DNA of 64,000 nucleotides from an uncultured Bacillota bacterium (GTDB lineage Bacteria > Bacillota > Dehalobacteriia > UBA7702), in contig CAKUYE010000013.1 of the NCBI GenBank assembly GCA_934702375.1, forward strand, positions 1,564-65,563. The letters run 5' to 3'. A program made the position numbers and the translations under genes. This document shows, one piece after another, positions 19,282 to 29,240 of this stretch (positions are counted from its first letter, which is position 1; each line of letters begins with the position of its first letter). The notes below the pieces were generated by a model. That model was not told the origin of the DNA. It was given only the letters and a program-made list of their open reading frames with translations, and searched no databases.

Positions 19282-19310
19282 CAGTATAACCCATTTTGCC
19301 GGAAAATGCA
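19282..19310 (-). promoter_or_regulatory. Sigma-A type promoter for the minus-strand riboswitch/cbi operon (-35 TTGCAT, 17 nt, -10 TATACT)
   Basis: On the minus strand: ttgcat tttccggcaaaatgggt tatact. Confidence 0.6.
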
Positions 19311-19392
19311 ACCCCCTTTTGAAAGACTTTTTCTTTTTTGCTGTATAAAGAGATGAAATATATAAAAGTTGCACTTTTCGCTAAAAATTGGA

Positions 19393-19422
19393 ATTGACAA
19401 AATTAAAATTGTGATGCTAACA
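19393..19422 (+). promoter_or_regulatory. Sigma-A type promoter for the plus-strand riboswitch/cbiM operon (-35 TTGACA, extended -10 TGcTAACAT)
   Basis: ttgaca aaattaaaattgtgatgc taacat. Confidence 0.5.
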
Positions 19423-19435
19423 TGGATAAAAAGTT

Positions 19436-19640
19436 TACAACCAGCTTTTCTGCCCTATTTGGGGCAGTTGGGGAAGCATGTGAAAATCATGCACGGTCAC
19501 GCCACTGTAAAAAGGGTACCCTTTGAGTCAGAAACCACCTGGTTGTAGTTGCACATATGTTGTTACGATTGATGGCAACGTGCAGAGAAAAGGATCCGTC
19601 TTAGCCTCGCCGTTTTCGTAACGCAAGGCTTTTTTTTGTT
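19436..19640 (+). promoter_or_regulatory. Cobalamin riboswitch (plus strand) controlling cbiMNQO-cbiK-cobD
   Basis: P1 acaaccag/ctggttgt. GGGGAA, GTGAAAATC, ACGGTCACGCCACTGT and B12 box GAGTCAGAAACCACCTGG. Followed by a hairpin with a T8 run (cgcaaggctttttttt) before the cbiM RBS. Confidence 0.75.
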
Positions 19641-19663
19641 ATTTATGCTGGAGGTTTTATGTT

Positions 19664-20416
19664 ATGACGGTCAAAGAACAAAAGATCGTTGCTGCATCGG
19701 CAGCTTTTGCCATTGTTTTCAGTATTGTCCCCGGTGTTCAGGCTATGCACATCATGGAAGGGTACTTATCGGCTCCTTACTGTGTTGCCTGGGGTATTTT
19801 GTGTATTCCCTTTTTGATCGCAGGTTTTCTTTCGATCAAAAAGCGTTTGGAAGAAAACCGTCGAACCTTGATTTTGTTGGCGATGTCCGGCGCGTTTATT
19901 TTTGTGATCTCTTCTTTGAAGATCCCTTCGGTTACCGGCAGCTGTTCTCATATGACCGGTACCGGATTGGGAGCAATTCTTTTTGGGCCCAGTGCCGTTA
20001 GCATTCTTGGCATCATTGTTTTACTTTTTCAGGCAATTTTGTTGGCTCATGGCGGCTTGACAACCCTTGGGGCCAATACCTTTTCTATGGCGATTGCCGG
20101 CCCGTTAGTTTCTTTCGGAATTTACAAACTTTGCGGAAAAATGAAGGTAAATCGCAAAGTCTCTGTTTTCTTAGCTGCTTGTCTTGGTGATATTTTCACG
20201 TATTGTGTTACCGCTTTTCAGTTGGCATTGTCCTATCCTTCGGAAGTTGGAGGTGTAGGAGCATCGCTTTTAAAATTCCTCGGTGTTTTTGCGCCTACGC
20301 AATTGCCTCTTGCCATTGTGGAAGGGATTCTCACGGTTATTATCGTAATCGGTCTAGAATCCTTTGCGCAGCCGGAGTTAAAGGCCATTGGTTATTTTAA
20401 GGGGGAAAAGGCATGA
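19664..20416 (+). CDS. cbiM: Cobalt ECF transporter substrate-specific component CbiM
   Basis: 250 aa. MHIMEGYL mature N-terminus after a signal-like leader. Multi-pass membrane protein. RBS ggagg. Confidence 0.9.
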   Translation: MTVKEQKIVAASAAFAIVFSIVPGVQAMHIMEGYLSAPYCVAWGILCIPFLIAGFLSIKKRLEENRRTLILLAMSGAFIFVISSLKIPSVTGSCSHMTGTGLGAILFGPSAVSILGIIVLLFQAILLAHGGLTTLGANTFSMAIAGPLVSFGIYKLCGKMKVNRKVSVFLAACLGDIFTYCVTAFQLALSYPSEVGGVGASLLKFLGVFAPTQLPLAIVEGILTVIIVIGLESFAQPELKAIGYFKGEKA

Positions 20417-20730
20417 AAAAACAGACGAAAAATAAAACGACTGTGTTGATTCTTTCGGTAGTTGCCATTTTTATCGTCATGATCCCTTTTTTGACATTGA
20501 AAGATGCGGAATTTGGCGGCAGTGACGATGCTGGCAGTGTTATGGTCGAAAATATTAATGGCGAGTATGAGCCGTGGTTTACCCCGGTATTGGAATCGGC
20601 TCTCGGTCATGAGATCCCCGGGGAAATCGAGTCTTTATTCTTTTGCTTGCAAACCGGTATAGGTGTTGGGATCCTGGCATTCTTTATGGGGCGTTTTTAT
20701 GAACGCAAAGTCAGTCAAAAGAAAGAGTGA
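20413..20730 (+). CDS. cbiN: Cobalt transport protein CbiN
   Basis: 105 aa, two TM helices. ATGA start/stop overlap with cbiM. Confidence 0.85.
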   Translation: MKKQTKNKTTVLILSVVAIFIVMIPFLTLKDAEFGGSDDAGSVMVENINGEYEPWFTPVLESALGHEIPGEIESLFFCLQTGIGVGILAFFMGRFYERKVSQKKE

Positions 20731-20766
20731 GCGGGTCTCTCGGACAAAACAGCGAGGATAATTAAG

Positions 20767-21540
20767 ATGATCATTGTTGATAAGTTGTGTTATTCCTCAA
20801 AATTAAGATTTATGAATTCCGGTGAGAAATTTGCGCTAGCTGTGATCTCTTTGATTATCTGCGTTGTGAGTCGATCCGTTGTGTGCGCCCTGTTGCTCCT
20901 TGGAGCAATGGGGCTGCTCACCGTTAAAGCCGCAGGGACGCCGCTGCATTGTTATCGTAAGCTTATGGCGGTTCCGCTTGCATTTCTGTTATTGAGTACC
21001 GTGGCAATCGTTGTAAATTTTTCTCCCGAACCTTTGGATGCCTTTGCATTGCCTTTGGGCTCGATTTATCTTACCGGTAGTTGGCAGGGGTTGATTTTCG
21101 CTTTGCGATTAATCCTAACGGCTTTGGCAGCGGTAAGCTGTCTGTATTTTCTCTCCCTTACTACGCCGTTTTATGATATCCTTGAGGTTTTGCGTCAGCT
21201 GCACTGTCCGTGGTTGATTCTGGAGTTGATGTTGTTGATTTACCGTTTTCTCTTTCTTTTACTGGAAACTGCATCGGCGATCATGACTTCTCAAAATTCC
21301 CGTTTGGGAAACAAGGATATGAAAACGGCTTACCGTTCTTTTTCTGCAATGGTTTCCGTTCTCTTTGTGCGGGCGATGAAAAAAGCAAATTTTCTTTACG
21401 ATGCCATGGAATCCCGTTGCTATGATGGTAAGATTCGGGTTTTGGCTGAATACAATCCACCCCGAAAAAAAGAGATCGGAATGATTATTTGCTTTGAATT
21501 ATTGCTTGTATGTTGTGTGATTGGAGAGCGATTGTTATGA
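20767..21540 (+). CDS. cbiQ: ECF transporter transmembrane (T) component CbiQ
   Basis: 257 aa polytopic membrane protein with the conserved ARG-rich EcfT cytoplasmic loop region. Confidence 0.8.
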   Translation: MIIVDKLCYSSKLRFMNSGEKFALAVISLIICVVSRSVVCALLLLGAMGLLTVKAAGTPLHCYRKLMAVPLAFLLLSTVAIVVNFSPEPLDAFALPLGSIYLTGSWQGLIFALRLILTALAAVSCLYFLSLTTPFYDILEVLRQLHCPWLILELMLLIYRFLFLLLETASAIMTSQNSRLGNKDMKTAYRSFSAMVSVLFVRAMKKANFLYDAMESRCYDGKIRVLAEYNPPRKKEIGMIICFELLLVCCVIGERLL

Positions 21541-22382
21541 GTATCATCCGAACGGAGAATTTGCATTTTACTTATGAAGATGGAACTGAAGCCCTTCGCG
21601 GAATTGATATTGCCATTGAAAAAGGAGAAAAAGTTGCTTTGCTCGGAGCAAACGGTTCCGGAAAATCAACTTTTATTTTCAGCTTAAATGGAATCCATCG
21701 ACCTTCTGCCGGTAAACTTTACCTCCATGAAAAACCCTACGATTATTCCAAATTCGGTTTGCGGCACTTACGTTCTGCCGTAGGCGTGATTTTTCAAGAT
21801 CCCGATCATCAGCTTTTTTCTGCCGGAGTTTATCAGGAGATTTCCTTTGGCGCTTTAAATTTGGGTTTACCCGAGGAGGAGGTTCGCCATCGGGTCGATA
21901 AAGCCATTGCCACACTGGAAATCGAACCCTTTCGGCATAAACCTACCCATTTTTTGAGCGGTGGTCAAAAAAAGCAGGTTTCCGTTGCGGATATTCTGGT
22001 AATGGATCCGGAAGTGATTGTTCTTGACGAACCGGAAGCTGCTCTTGACCCTAAGCATGCCGGGATATTAAACCGGATGATTGATGATCTTTCATCCAAA
22101 GGCATCACCATTATTGAATCGACCCATGATGTTGATCATGCCTTTGCCTGGGCGGATCGAGTGATCCTTTTTCACCAAGGAAAGGTCCTGCGCCAAGGGA
22201 GTCCGGAAGAAGTATTTTCTTCGGAAGCAGATCTGAAAAAAACGAACCTTACGAAGCCGGCGGTACTGCACCTTTTTGAAATATTAACAGCGAAGGGCAT
22301 TCTTTCTGCGGGCTTACCGATTCCCAGAGATTTGACACAGCTGGAATCATATATTACTATGAAGGAGGATTTCCCCCGATGA
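21537..22382 (+). CDS. cbiO: ECF transporter ATPase CbiO
   Basis: ABC ATPase. Walker A GANGSGKST, signature LSGGQKK, Walker B ILVMDEP. Start at MSIIRTENL with RBS ggagag. Confidence 0.9.
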   Translation: MSIIRTENLHFTYEDGTEALRGIDIAIEKGEKVALLGANGSGKSTFIFSLNGIHRPSAGKLYLHEKPYDYSKFGLRHLRSAVGVIFQDPDHQLFSAGVYQEISFGALNLGLPEEEVRHRVDKAIATLEIEPFRHKPTHFLSGGQKKQVSVADILVMDPEVIVLDEPEAALDPKHAGILNRMIDDLSSKGITIIESTHDVDHAFAWADRVILFHQGKVLRQGSPEEVFSSEADLKKTNLTKPAVLHLFEILTAKGILSAGLPIPRDLTQLESYITMKEDFPR

Positions 22383-23176
22383 ATAAAAAAGCATTATTAG
22401 TGGTCAGTTTTGGCACCAGCTATGAAGCTACGCGAAAAAAAACGATTGATGGTATTGAACAGGATCTTTCTTCTGCTTTCCCGGATCGCATCTTTTATCG
22501 TGCCTGGACAAGCAAAATGATTATCCGTAAGATAAAAAACAGAGATGGTATTCATGTGGATACCGTAACCGAAGCCATGGAGCGGATGATTGCGGACGGG
22601 ATTGATGATGTCCTTGTGCAGCCTACGCATATTTTAAATGGTGTGGAAAATGATCTTATGCGTGAAGATATTGCCGCTTTCCGAGACCGTTTTAAGCAGA
22701 TTCGGATTGGGGATCCCCTGCTGATGTACACGGATGATTTTATTGCCGTTGCCCGAGGTGTCGCAGATGCCCTGCCTTCCCTTAAAGAAGATGAGGCCAT
22801 TGTGTTTATGGGACACGGTACGGACCATAGTGCAAACATGACGTATCCTGCATTGGATTATGTCTTTCGGGATTTAGGACTTTCGCGTTGCTTTGTTGCA
22901 ACCGTTGAAGGATATCCGGCATTGGATAGCGTTATGCGGGATCTGAAGGCTTGCGGCTGTATTCGAAAGGTATATCTAGTTCCGTTTATGATCGTTGCCG
23001 GGGATCATGCTCTTAACGATATGGCAGGTGAAGAAGATGACTCTTGGAAAAATCAATTGGAAACTGCCGGTTATTGCGTAGAATGTATCTTGCGTGGGTT
23101 GGGAGAATATGAAGTCGTTCGGAAACTTTTAAAATATCACGCATTAAAAGCCTCCGGAGATTTTTTTGAGATTTAA
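22379..23176 (+). CDS. cbiK: Sirohydrochlorin cobaltochelatase (anaerobic)
   Basis: 265 aa. CbiK fold (LLVVSFGTSY...GHGTDH). Confidence 0.85.
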   Translation: MNKKALLVVSFGTSYEATRKKTIDGIEQDLSSAFPDRIFYRAWTSKMIIRKIKNRDGIHVDTVTEAMERMIADGIDDVLVQPTHILNGVENDLMREDIAAFRDRFKQIRIGDPLLMYTDDFIAVARGVADALPSLKEDEAIVFMGHGTDHSANMTYPALDYVFRDLGLSRCFVATVEGYPALDSVMRDLKACGCIRKVYLVPFMIVAGDHALNDMAGEEDDSWKNQLETAGYCVECILRGLGEYEVVRKLLKYHALKASGDFFEI

Positions 23177-23235
23177 CGGTTTAGTCCCAGGACTGAAAGA
23201 TTTAAAAGTGGTGTGTAATAGAAAGGGGCAGTGAA

Positions 23236-24294
23236 ATGGTGCGGCAAAAATTGGTGCATGGTGGAGATTTCGTAGGATATGAGGAGGAATACGGCATATC
23301 CCCTCTGGATCTTTCTGCAAATGTCAGTCCTTTGGGTGTTCCTGCCAGCGTACAGCAGGCAATTTGCGCCGCAGCGGCCGAAGCTGATTGCTATCCGGAT
23401 CCCCTGTGCCGGAAACTGAGAAAAGCGATCGAAGCCTCTCGGGGGATTCCGGCTGAAGCTTGTCTGTGCGGAAATGGCGCTGCTGATATCATTTTTCGAT
23501 TGGCTTTGGCAAAAAAGCCCAAAAAGGCTCTGGTCACGGCACCAACTTTTGCAGAGTACCGCACGGCATTGGAAACGGTGAATTGTAAAGTATCTTCTGT
23601 GGTTTTGCAGGAAAAGAATCTTTTTGCCTTGACGGAGGATTTCCCGGAACGGATCGAAGAAGATATGGAAATGGTATTCCTTTGTGAGCCGAACAACCCC
23701 TCCGGTGTTTCAAGTCGTAGAGCTTTATTGGAACGAATTTTAGACCGGTGTGAGAAAATCGGTGCGATTCTTGTGATCGATGAGTGTTTTCATGATTTTT
23801 TGGAAGACCCCCGACGTGATACGATGGAACCTTTGGTGATGGAACATCCCAATCTTCTGATCTTAAAGGCCTTCACGAAGCTTTACGGTATGGCCGGTGT
23901 GCGGTTGGGCTATTGTTTTTGCTCCGATGCTGAGCTGCTGGAAGCGATGGCTTCCTGCGGACAACCCTGGTCGGTGTCTTCTCTTGCTCAAAGGGCCGGG
24001 ATCGCGGCATTGGCCGATACGGCTTATGTGGAGCAGGTGCGTGCTCAGGTTGCCCGAGAACGCCCCTTCCTTGCCGAAGGTTTGAAACGCATCGGCCTGA
24101 AAGTGATCCCCGGAGAAGCAAATTACCTCCTTTTTCAAGCCCCGGCAACCCTTTATGAAAGCCTGCGCCGAGAAGGGATCATGGTTCGCAGCTGTGCAAA
24201 CTATGAAGGTCTGGACGAAACCTGGTATCGAACTGCCGTAAAAAACAGGGAAGACAGCCAACGCCTTCTCGCGGCAATAGAACGTTGTCGTTGA
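23236..24294 (+). CDS. cobD: L-threonine-O-3-phosphate decarboxylase
   Basis: 352 aa. N-terminal HGGD. Class I/II aminotransferase fold with PLP lysine region KAFTKLYGMAGVRLGY. Confidence 0.8.
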   Translation: MVRQKLVHGGDFVGYEEEYGISPLDLSANVSPLGVPASVQQAICAAAAEADCYPDPLCRKLRKAIEASRGIPAEACLCGNGAADIIFRLALAKKPKKALVTAPTFAEYRTALETVNCKVSSVVLQEKNLFALTEDFPERIEEDMEMVFLCEPNNPSGVSSRRALLERILDRCEKIGAILVIDECFHDFLEDPRRDTMEPLVMEHPNLLILKAFTKLYGMAGVRLGYCFCSDAELLEAMASCGQPWSVSSLAQRAGIAALADTAYVEQVRAQVARERPFLAEGLKRIGLKVIPGEANYLLFQAPATLYESLRREGIMVRSCANYEGLDETWYRTAVKNREDSQRLLAAIERCR

Positions 24295-24310
24295 TGATAC
24301 GAACGATTTT

Positions 24311-24345
24311 GAGCCCGAAGGGTATGCCTTCGGGTTTTTTCGTAC
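24311..24345 (+). terminator. Rho-independent terminator after cobD
   Basis: gagcccgaagggtatgccttcgggtttttt. Confidence 0.75.
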
Positions 24346-24403
24346 AAAGTTTTGTGTTTCCGGGCAATATCTGTTATGATATATTATGTTTGGGAGGTTT
24401 TTT

Positions 24404-25543
24404 ATGAAATTTGTTCATTTATCGGATCTTCATTTGGGAAAGCGTTTGAATGAGTTTTCTTTGTTGGAGGATCAGCGGGATATATTATTGAAAATCCTTG
24501 ATATCATTGATGATGTGTTGCCGGATGGTGTATTTCTTGCCGGGGATATTTACGATAAATCGGTGCCTTCTACTGAGGCTGTGGCATTGTTTGATGACTT
24601 CCTTGTAGCTCTTAACCGCCGTCATTTACCGGTTTTCGTGATCAGTGGAAATCATGATTCTCCGGAGCGGCTTGCTTTTGGGAATCGATTGCTCTCTCTC
24701 AACGGTATTTATTTGGCGCCGGTATACGATGGAAATATTACAAAGGTTTCCATGGAAGATAGCTATGGTATGGTGGATATCTATCTTCTGCCTTTTTTAA
24801 AACCCGGCCATGTTCGACGGTATTTCCCTGATGTAGAGATTGCATCCTATACCGATGCCATTGCTGCTGTTCTGGGGGAAATCTCCTGTGTACCGGAACA
24901 CCGTAATATTTTGATCACACATCAATTTGTGACCGGAGCCGAGCGGTCAGCCTCGGAAGAGATTTCTGTTGGAGGAACTGATCAGGTTGATGCTTCTGTG
25001 TTTGATGACTTCGATTACGTTGCCTTAGGTCATCTCCATGGCCCTCAAAATGTTTGCAGTCCGCGTTTGCGGTATTGCGGTACCCCATTGAAATATTCTT
25101 TTTCCGAAGCCGGTCACCAAAAATCCGTTTCGGTTGTTGAGTTGAAAGAAAAAGGTTCTTTGTGGGTTCAAACGGTGCCGCTGACTCCTCTCCATGAGAT
25201 GGTTGAACTTAAAGGTACCTATGAGGAACTGACGGCACGTGATTTCTATTTAAATACCTCTTTGCCGGAGGATTATGTTCATATCACCCTGACGGATGAG
25301 GAGGATATTCCGGAAGCCCTTGCGAAGCTGCGGACGATCTACCACAATTTGATGAAATTGGATTATGACAATGCTCGTACCAGGCATAATGAACCGATTA
25401 ACGGTGTAGCGGAGGCAGAAAAGCAATCTCCGCTGGAGTTGTTTTCTGATTTTTATCAGCAGCAAAACAATGCGCCTTTATCGGAGGTACAGCGAGATTA
25501 TATGCAAAAATTAATTGCAGGAATATGGGGGGAAGAACGATGA
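24404..25543 (+). CDS. sbcD: Exonuclease SbcCD nuclease subunit D
   Basis: Calcineurin-like phosphoesterase motifs (LHLSDLHLG, GDIYD, GNHD). RBS ggagg before MKFVHLS. Confidence 0.85.
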   Translation: MKFVHLSDLHLGKRLNEFSLLEDQRDILLKILDIIDDVLPDGVFLAGDIYDKSVPSTEAVALFDDFLVALNRRHLPVFVISGNHDSPERLAFGNRLLSLNGIYLAPVYDGNITKVSMEDSYGMVDIYLLPFLKPGHVRRYFPDVEIASYTDAIAAVLGEISCVPEHRNILITHQFVTGAERSASEEISVGGTDQVDASVFDDFDYVALGHLHGPQNVCSPRLRYCGTPLKYSFSEAGHQKSVSVVELKEKGSLWVQTVPLTPLHEMVELKGTYEELTARDFYLNTSLPEDYVHITLTDEEDIPEALAKLRTIYHNLMKLDYDNARTRHNEPINGVAEAEKQSPLELFSDFYQQQNNAPLSEVQRDYMQKLIAGIWGEER

Positions 25544-28311
25544 GACCAATGCGATTGGTAATGTCTGCCTTTGGCCCCTATCCGGGGAAAACGGAGCTGG
25601 ATCTTTCTGCCTTGGGTGAGAGAGGATTGTATCTGATTACCGGAGATACCGGTGCCGGGAAGACGACGATTTTTGATGCCATTACTTTTGCACTTTACGG
25701 AGAGGCCAGTGGGGAGCATCGGGAAGCTGCGATGCTGCGCTCCAAATATGCCGCGGCCGATACACCCACTTTTGTGGAGCTGACTTTTTCTTATGGCGGG
25801 GACATTTATTTTGTCCGTCGTAACCCGGAATACGAACGACCGAAGCTGCGGGGAGAGGGAAGCACAACGGAAAAAGCCGATGCGGAGCTGCATTATCCCG
25901 ATGGTCGTGTAGTTGCTCGTTTGAAGGACGTTAACCGTGATATTATTGAGATTCTTGGAATTGATCGGGATCAATTTTCTCAAATTGCCATGTTGGCTCA
26001 AGGCGATTTTTTAAAGCTACTTTTTGCCTCTACCGAAGAACGAAAGCGGATTTTTCAAAAGGTGTTTCGTACCCAGCCCTACCAAAAGGTACAGCAACGG
26101 TTGAAATCCGCATCCGGGGAATTGCGTAAAAATTATGAAACATTGCTTTCCGGGATAAAACAATATATCGACGGTATTATTTGTTCGGAGACGGATCCTC
26201 TCTTTTCGGAGTTAGCGGCGCTGCAACAGGGGGATGCACCGGCCGAGGCTGCGGTATCATTGCTGGAAACGTTGATTTCCCGGGGGGAAAGTGACGAAAA
26301 ACAGATCGTTGAAGATATTGCTGCCGTGGAGGAAGAGCTGAAATGTGTTTCCGAAATTCTGATCCGGGGGGAAGATCGAGAAAAAACCGTTAATTCGATC
26401 AAAAACTTTGAAAATAAATTGGAAGTAGCGATGTCGCGGCTGGAAGAGTTGAAGCACATTCGAAAAGAAGCAGAAACGAAGGCCGGAGAAATCCGGGATT
26501 TGAACGATCGGATTGCGGTCTTAAAGGAGAGTTTACCGGAATACGAAGTCTACGAGAAAAAATGTCGTGAAAAAAAACAACTCTCTACGGAAATGAAAAA
26601 TGCTCAGGAAAAATTGCGCGAAGGAAATGCTCGCAAAGAGGCCAAGGAAAAACAGCTTCGTGATATGATCGCAGAACATGAGGGGCTAAAAACCGCATCG
26701 GAAGATATGATTGTTCTTCAGGGACAATTGGATGCTGCAAAGGACCGGCTTTTGGCGGTGAAAGGTTTTGCGGATCGTTATCGTGGTTTTTTGGAAAGTG
26801 AAGAAGAATTGAAGATGCTTCAGAGGGATTATCTGCAAAAGTCTGAAGTTGCGAAGATTTCCCGGCGGAAGTATGAAGAAATGTACGATGCTTATTTGAA
26901 TGAGCAAGCAGGGATCCTTGCGGAATCCTTGATGGAAGGGATGCCTTGTCCCGTTTGCGGGTCGGCGTTGCATCCGCAGCCTGCAAAAAAATCGACGGCG
27001 GCGCCGACTAAAGTCCGGCTTGATAAAGAAAAAAAGACGATGGAAAAAGCGGAAAGCGATGCTTCTTCTGCCAGTGATGCTGCCGGAAGATGCCTGGGGG
27101 CTTTTCAGGGAAAAAGAGCTGCGGTGGAAAGCGATGCAAAGGAATTGCTTTCCGAAGATCATTTTGAAAATATAGAAGCCCGGCTTCGGCAAAAAAAGGA
27201 GGAATGCGAAGGGCAGATCCATAGGCTGGAAGAGGATGTTCACACGGCACAACAAAAAGCGGAGAAAAAGGCCGCCTTTGACAAGGCCATTCCTTTGCGG
27301 AAGCAAGAGTTGGAGCGGCTTGATATTGACATTCGCAATTTTGAAACTGCTTTATCCGGCTCCAAGGTAAAAATGGAGAGCCTGGAAGAAAGCATTGCTG
27401 CTCTCGGTGAAAAGCTTGTCTTTCAGACCGGGGCAGAAGCCGAAGCGGAAATGGATGCACTGAAACGCCGGGCGGACAAATTAGAACAGGCGAAAACGGA
27501 AGCGGAGAAAGCCTGTGTTGAACAGGAAAAAGATATTGCCATGCTCCGGGCGGCTATGGATGAGGCGGAAAAACGGTTAAACGAAAGTGAAGCTGTTGAT
27601 ATTGCGAAGGAAAAAGCGCGTGATGCCGATTTGAGCCTCCGAAAAAAAGAATTGACAGGGCGGAGACAGGAGATTCGATCCTCATTGGATTCCAATCGCC
27701 GTACACTGGCTGCTCTTTTGGAAAAATCTGCTTGCTTGGATGCCGTGGAATCAAACTGGAAGTGGGTTAAATCCTTATCGGATACGGCAAACGGAAACCT
27801 TAGCGGTAAAGAAAAAATCATGCTGGAAACTTACATCCAAATGACCTGCTTTGACCGTATTATTCATCGTGCCAATATTCGCTTTATGATGATGTCCGGC
27901 GGTCAATACGAATTGAAGCGACGCCGGGAAGCTTTGAATAATCGCAGTCAAAGCGGCTTGGAGCTGGATGTTGTGGATCATTATAACGGCAGTGAGCGCA
28001 GTGTGAAAACTCTTTCCGGCGGAGAAGCCTTTAAGGCCTCTTTGTCTCTGGCTTTGGGCCTTTCCGACGAGATTCAATCCTCTGCCGGCGGTATTCGTTT
28101 GGATACGATGTTTGTAGATGAGGGATTCGGCACTCTCGATGAAGAATCTCTGCAGCAGGCAATCCATGTTTTGTTATCACTTACCGAGGGCAACCGCCTT
28201 GTGGGGATCATCTCCCATGTGGCAGAATTGAAAGAAAAAATTGATAAACAGATTCTTGTGACGAAAACGAAAAGCGGCGGCAGTGAGGCGGAAATCCTCT
28301 GTGATTTATAA
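25540..28311 (+). CDS. sbcC: Exonuclease SbcCD ATPase subunit C
   Basis: N-terminal Walker A GDTGAGKTT. Long coiled coil. Zinc hook CPVCGS. C-terminal signature/Walker B (LSGGE...MFVDEGFGTLD). Confidence 0.9.
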   Translation: MRPMRLVMSAFGPYPGKTELDLSALGERGLYLITGDTGAGKTTIFDAITFALYGEASGEHREAAMLRSKYAAADTPTFVELTFSYGGDIYFVRRNPEYERPKLRGEGSTTEKADAELHYPDGRVVARLKDVNRDIIEILGIDRDQFSQIAMLAQGDFLKLLFASTEERKRIFQKVFRTQPYQKVQQRLKSASGELRKNYETLLSGIKQYIDGIICSETDPLFSELAALQQGDAPAEAAVSLLETLISRGESDEKQIVEDIAAVEEELKCVSEILIRGEDREKTVNSIKNFENKLEVAMSRLEELKHIRKEAETKAGEIRDLNDRIAVLKESLPEYEVYEKKCREKKQLSTEMKNAQEKLREGNARKEAKEKQLRDMIAEHEGLKTASEDMIVLQGQLDAAKDRLLAVKGFADRYRGFLESEEELKMLQRDYLQKSEVAKISRRKYEEMYDAYLNEQAGILAESLMEGMPCPVCGSALHPQPAKKSTAAPTKVRLDKEKKTMEKAESDASSASDAAGRCLGAFQGKRAAVESDAKELLSEDHFENIEARLRQKKEECEGQIHRLEEDVHTAQQKAEKKAAFDKAIPLRKQELERLDIDIRNFETALSGSKVKMESLEESIAALGEKLVFQTGAEAEAEMDALKRRADKLEQAKTEAEKACVEQEKDIAMLRAAMDEAEKRLNESEAVDIAKEKARDADLSLRKKELTGRRQEIRSSLDSNRRTLAALLEKSACLDAVESNWKWVKSLSDTANGNLSGKEKIMLETYIQMTCFDRIIHRANIRFMMMSGGQYELKRRREALNNRSQSGLELDVVDHYNGSERSVKTLSGGEAFKASLSLALGLSDEIQSSAGGIRLDTMFVDEGFGTLDEESLQQAIHVLLSLTEGNRLVGIISHVAELKEKIDKQILVTKTKSGGSEAEILCDL

Positions 28312-28414
28312 AACCCCTGAGAGTCGACAGTTAGATGAAAAATTAAGATATTTTTAATACATTCCCTGTTTCATTTGTGGTAAAATATGGAGAATGAAAG
28401 GAAAGTGATTCTCT

Positions 28415-29050
28415 GTGTCGGCTCTCATTGCCATTTTTTTTACCTATGGTTTTTTGGATTCCTCTGTAACGGGGATCTATTTTCTTCTTTGTATGTTGAC
28501 TCCCTGCTTGATTTATGGTGTCTATTTTTGCGGTAAGGGGCGTAAGATCTCAATTCCTCATTTTTTGCTGATCCTAGCCTTTCTGGTTTATCTTGAAATT
28601 GTGCTGCGAATCGTAAATATGGGTGTGATCTGGGATATTTCTCATTTTGGGAAGCTTTTGAACTTGGATTCTCTTAATTTCCGGCCCTTTGCATCTTTTG
28701 GCAGCATAAGCTATTTCTTGAATATTTTACTGTTTATCCCCATGGGCTTTGCTTTGCCGTTGATGGCAAAGCGGTATCATAATCTTTGGCTTACGGTGGG
28801 AAGCGGTTTTCTTTTTTCGCTGCTGATTGAACTGAGCCAACTGCTGAACATTCGCTGCAGCGACGTGGATGATTTGATCACCAATACCTTTGGCGTGCTC
28901 CTGGGGTATGCTCTTTGGTTGCTGTGTTGCCGCGGATTTAAGTGGCAGAAATATCCCCGTTCTTCTCTTTCCCCTCGGGAACCCGGTGTTTTTATGCTGC
29001 TGTCCTTTCTCGGTGTCTTTTTTCTTTATAATTTCTGGTTGTTTTGGTGA
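28415..29050 (+). CDS. VanZ-like family membrane protein
   Basis: 211 aa, 5-6 TM segments. ELSQLLNIRCSDVDDLITNTFG matches the VanZ core motif. GTG start. Confidence 0.6.
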   Translation: MSALIAIFFTYGFLDSSVTGIYFLLCMLTPCLIYGVYFCGKGRKISIPHFLLILAFLVYLEIVLRIVNMGVIWDISHFGKLLNLDSLNFRPFASFGSISYFLNILLFIPMGFALPLMAKRYHNLWLTVGSGFLFSLLIELSQLLNIRCSDVDDLITNTFGVLLGYALWLLCCRGFKWQKYPRSSLSPREPGVFMLLSFLGVFFLYNFWLFW

Positions 29051-29067
29051 AATTTTAAAGAACTGTT

Positions 29068-29096
29068 GTTGACTTACGGCGGATTTCCTGCTACAA
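29068..29096 (+). promoter_or_regulatory. Sigma-A promoter of SLH paralog 1 (-35 TTGACT, 17 nt, -10 TACAAT)
   Basis: ttgact tacggcggatttcctgc tacaat. The architecture is duplicated at 31837. Confidence 0.6.
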
Positions 29097-29240
29097 TATT
29101 GTCATAAGTAAATATCGCTGTATCTTCTGCTTCTGCTTTTGATTGTGCAGGGATATCCTTGTGTGTGCGCTATGAAGGATGAGAAAACGATCTTTTTTTT
29201 CAGGTGCGCATTTTATTTTGTCTACAAAGGAGGACGATCA

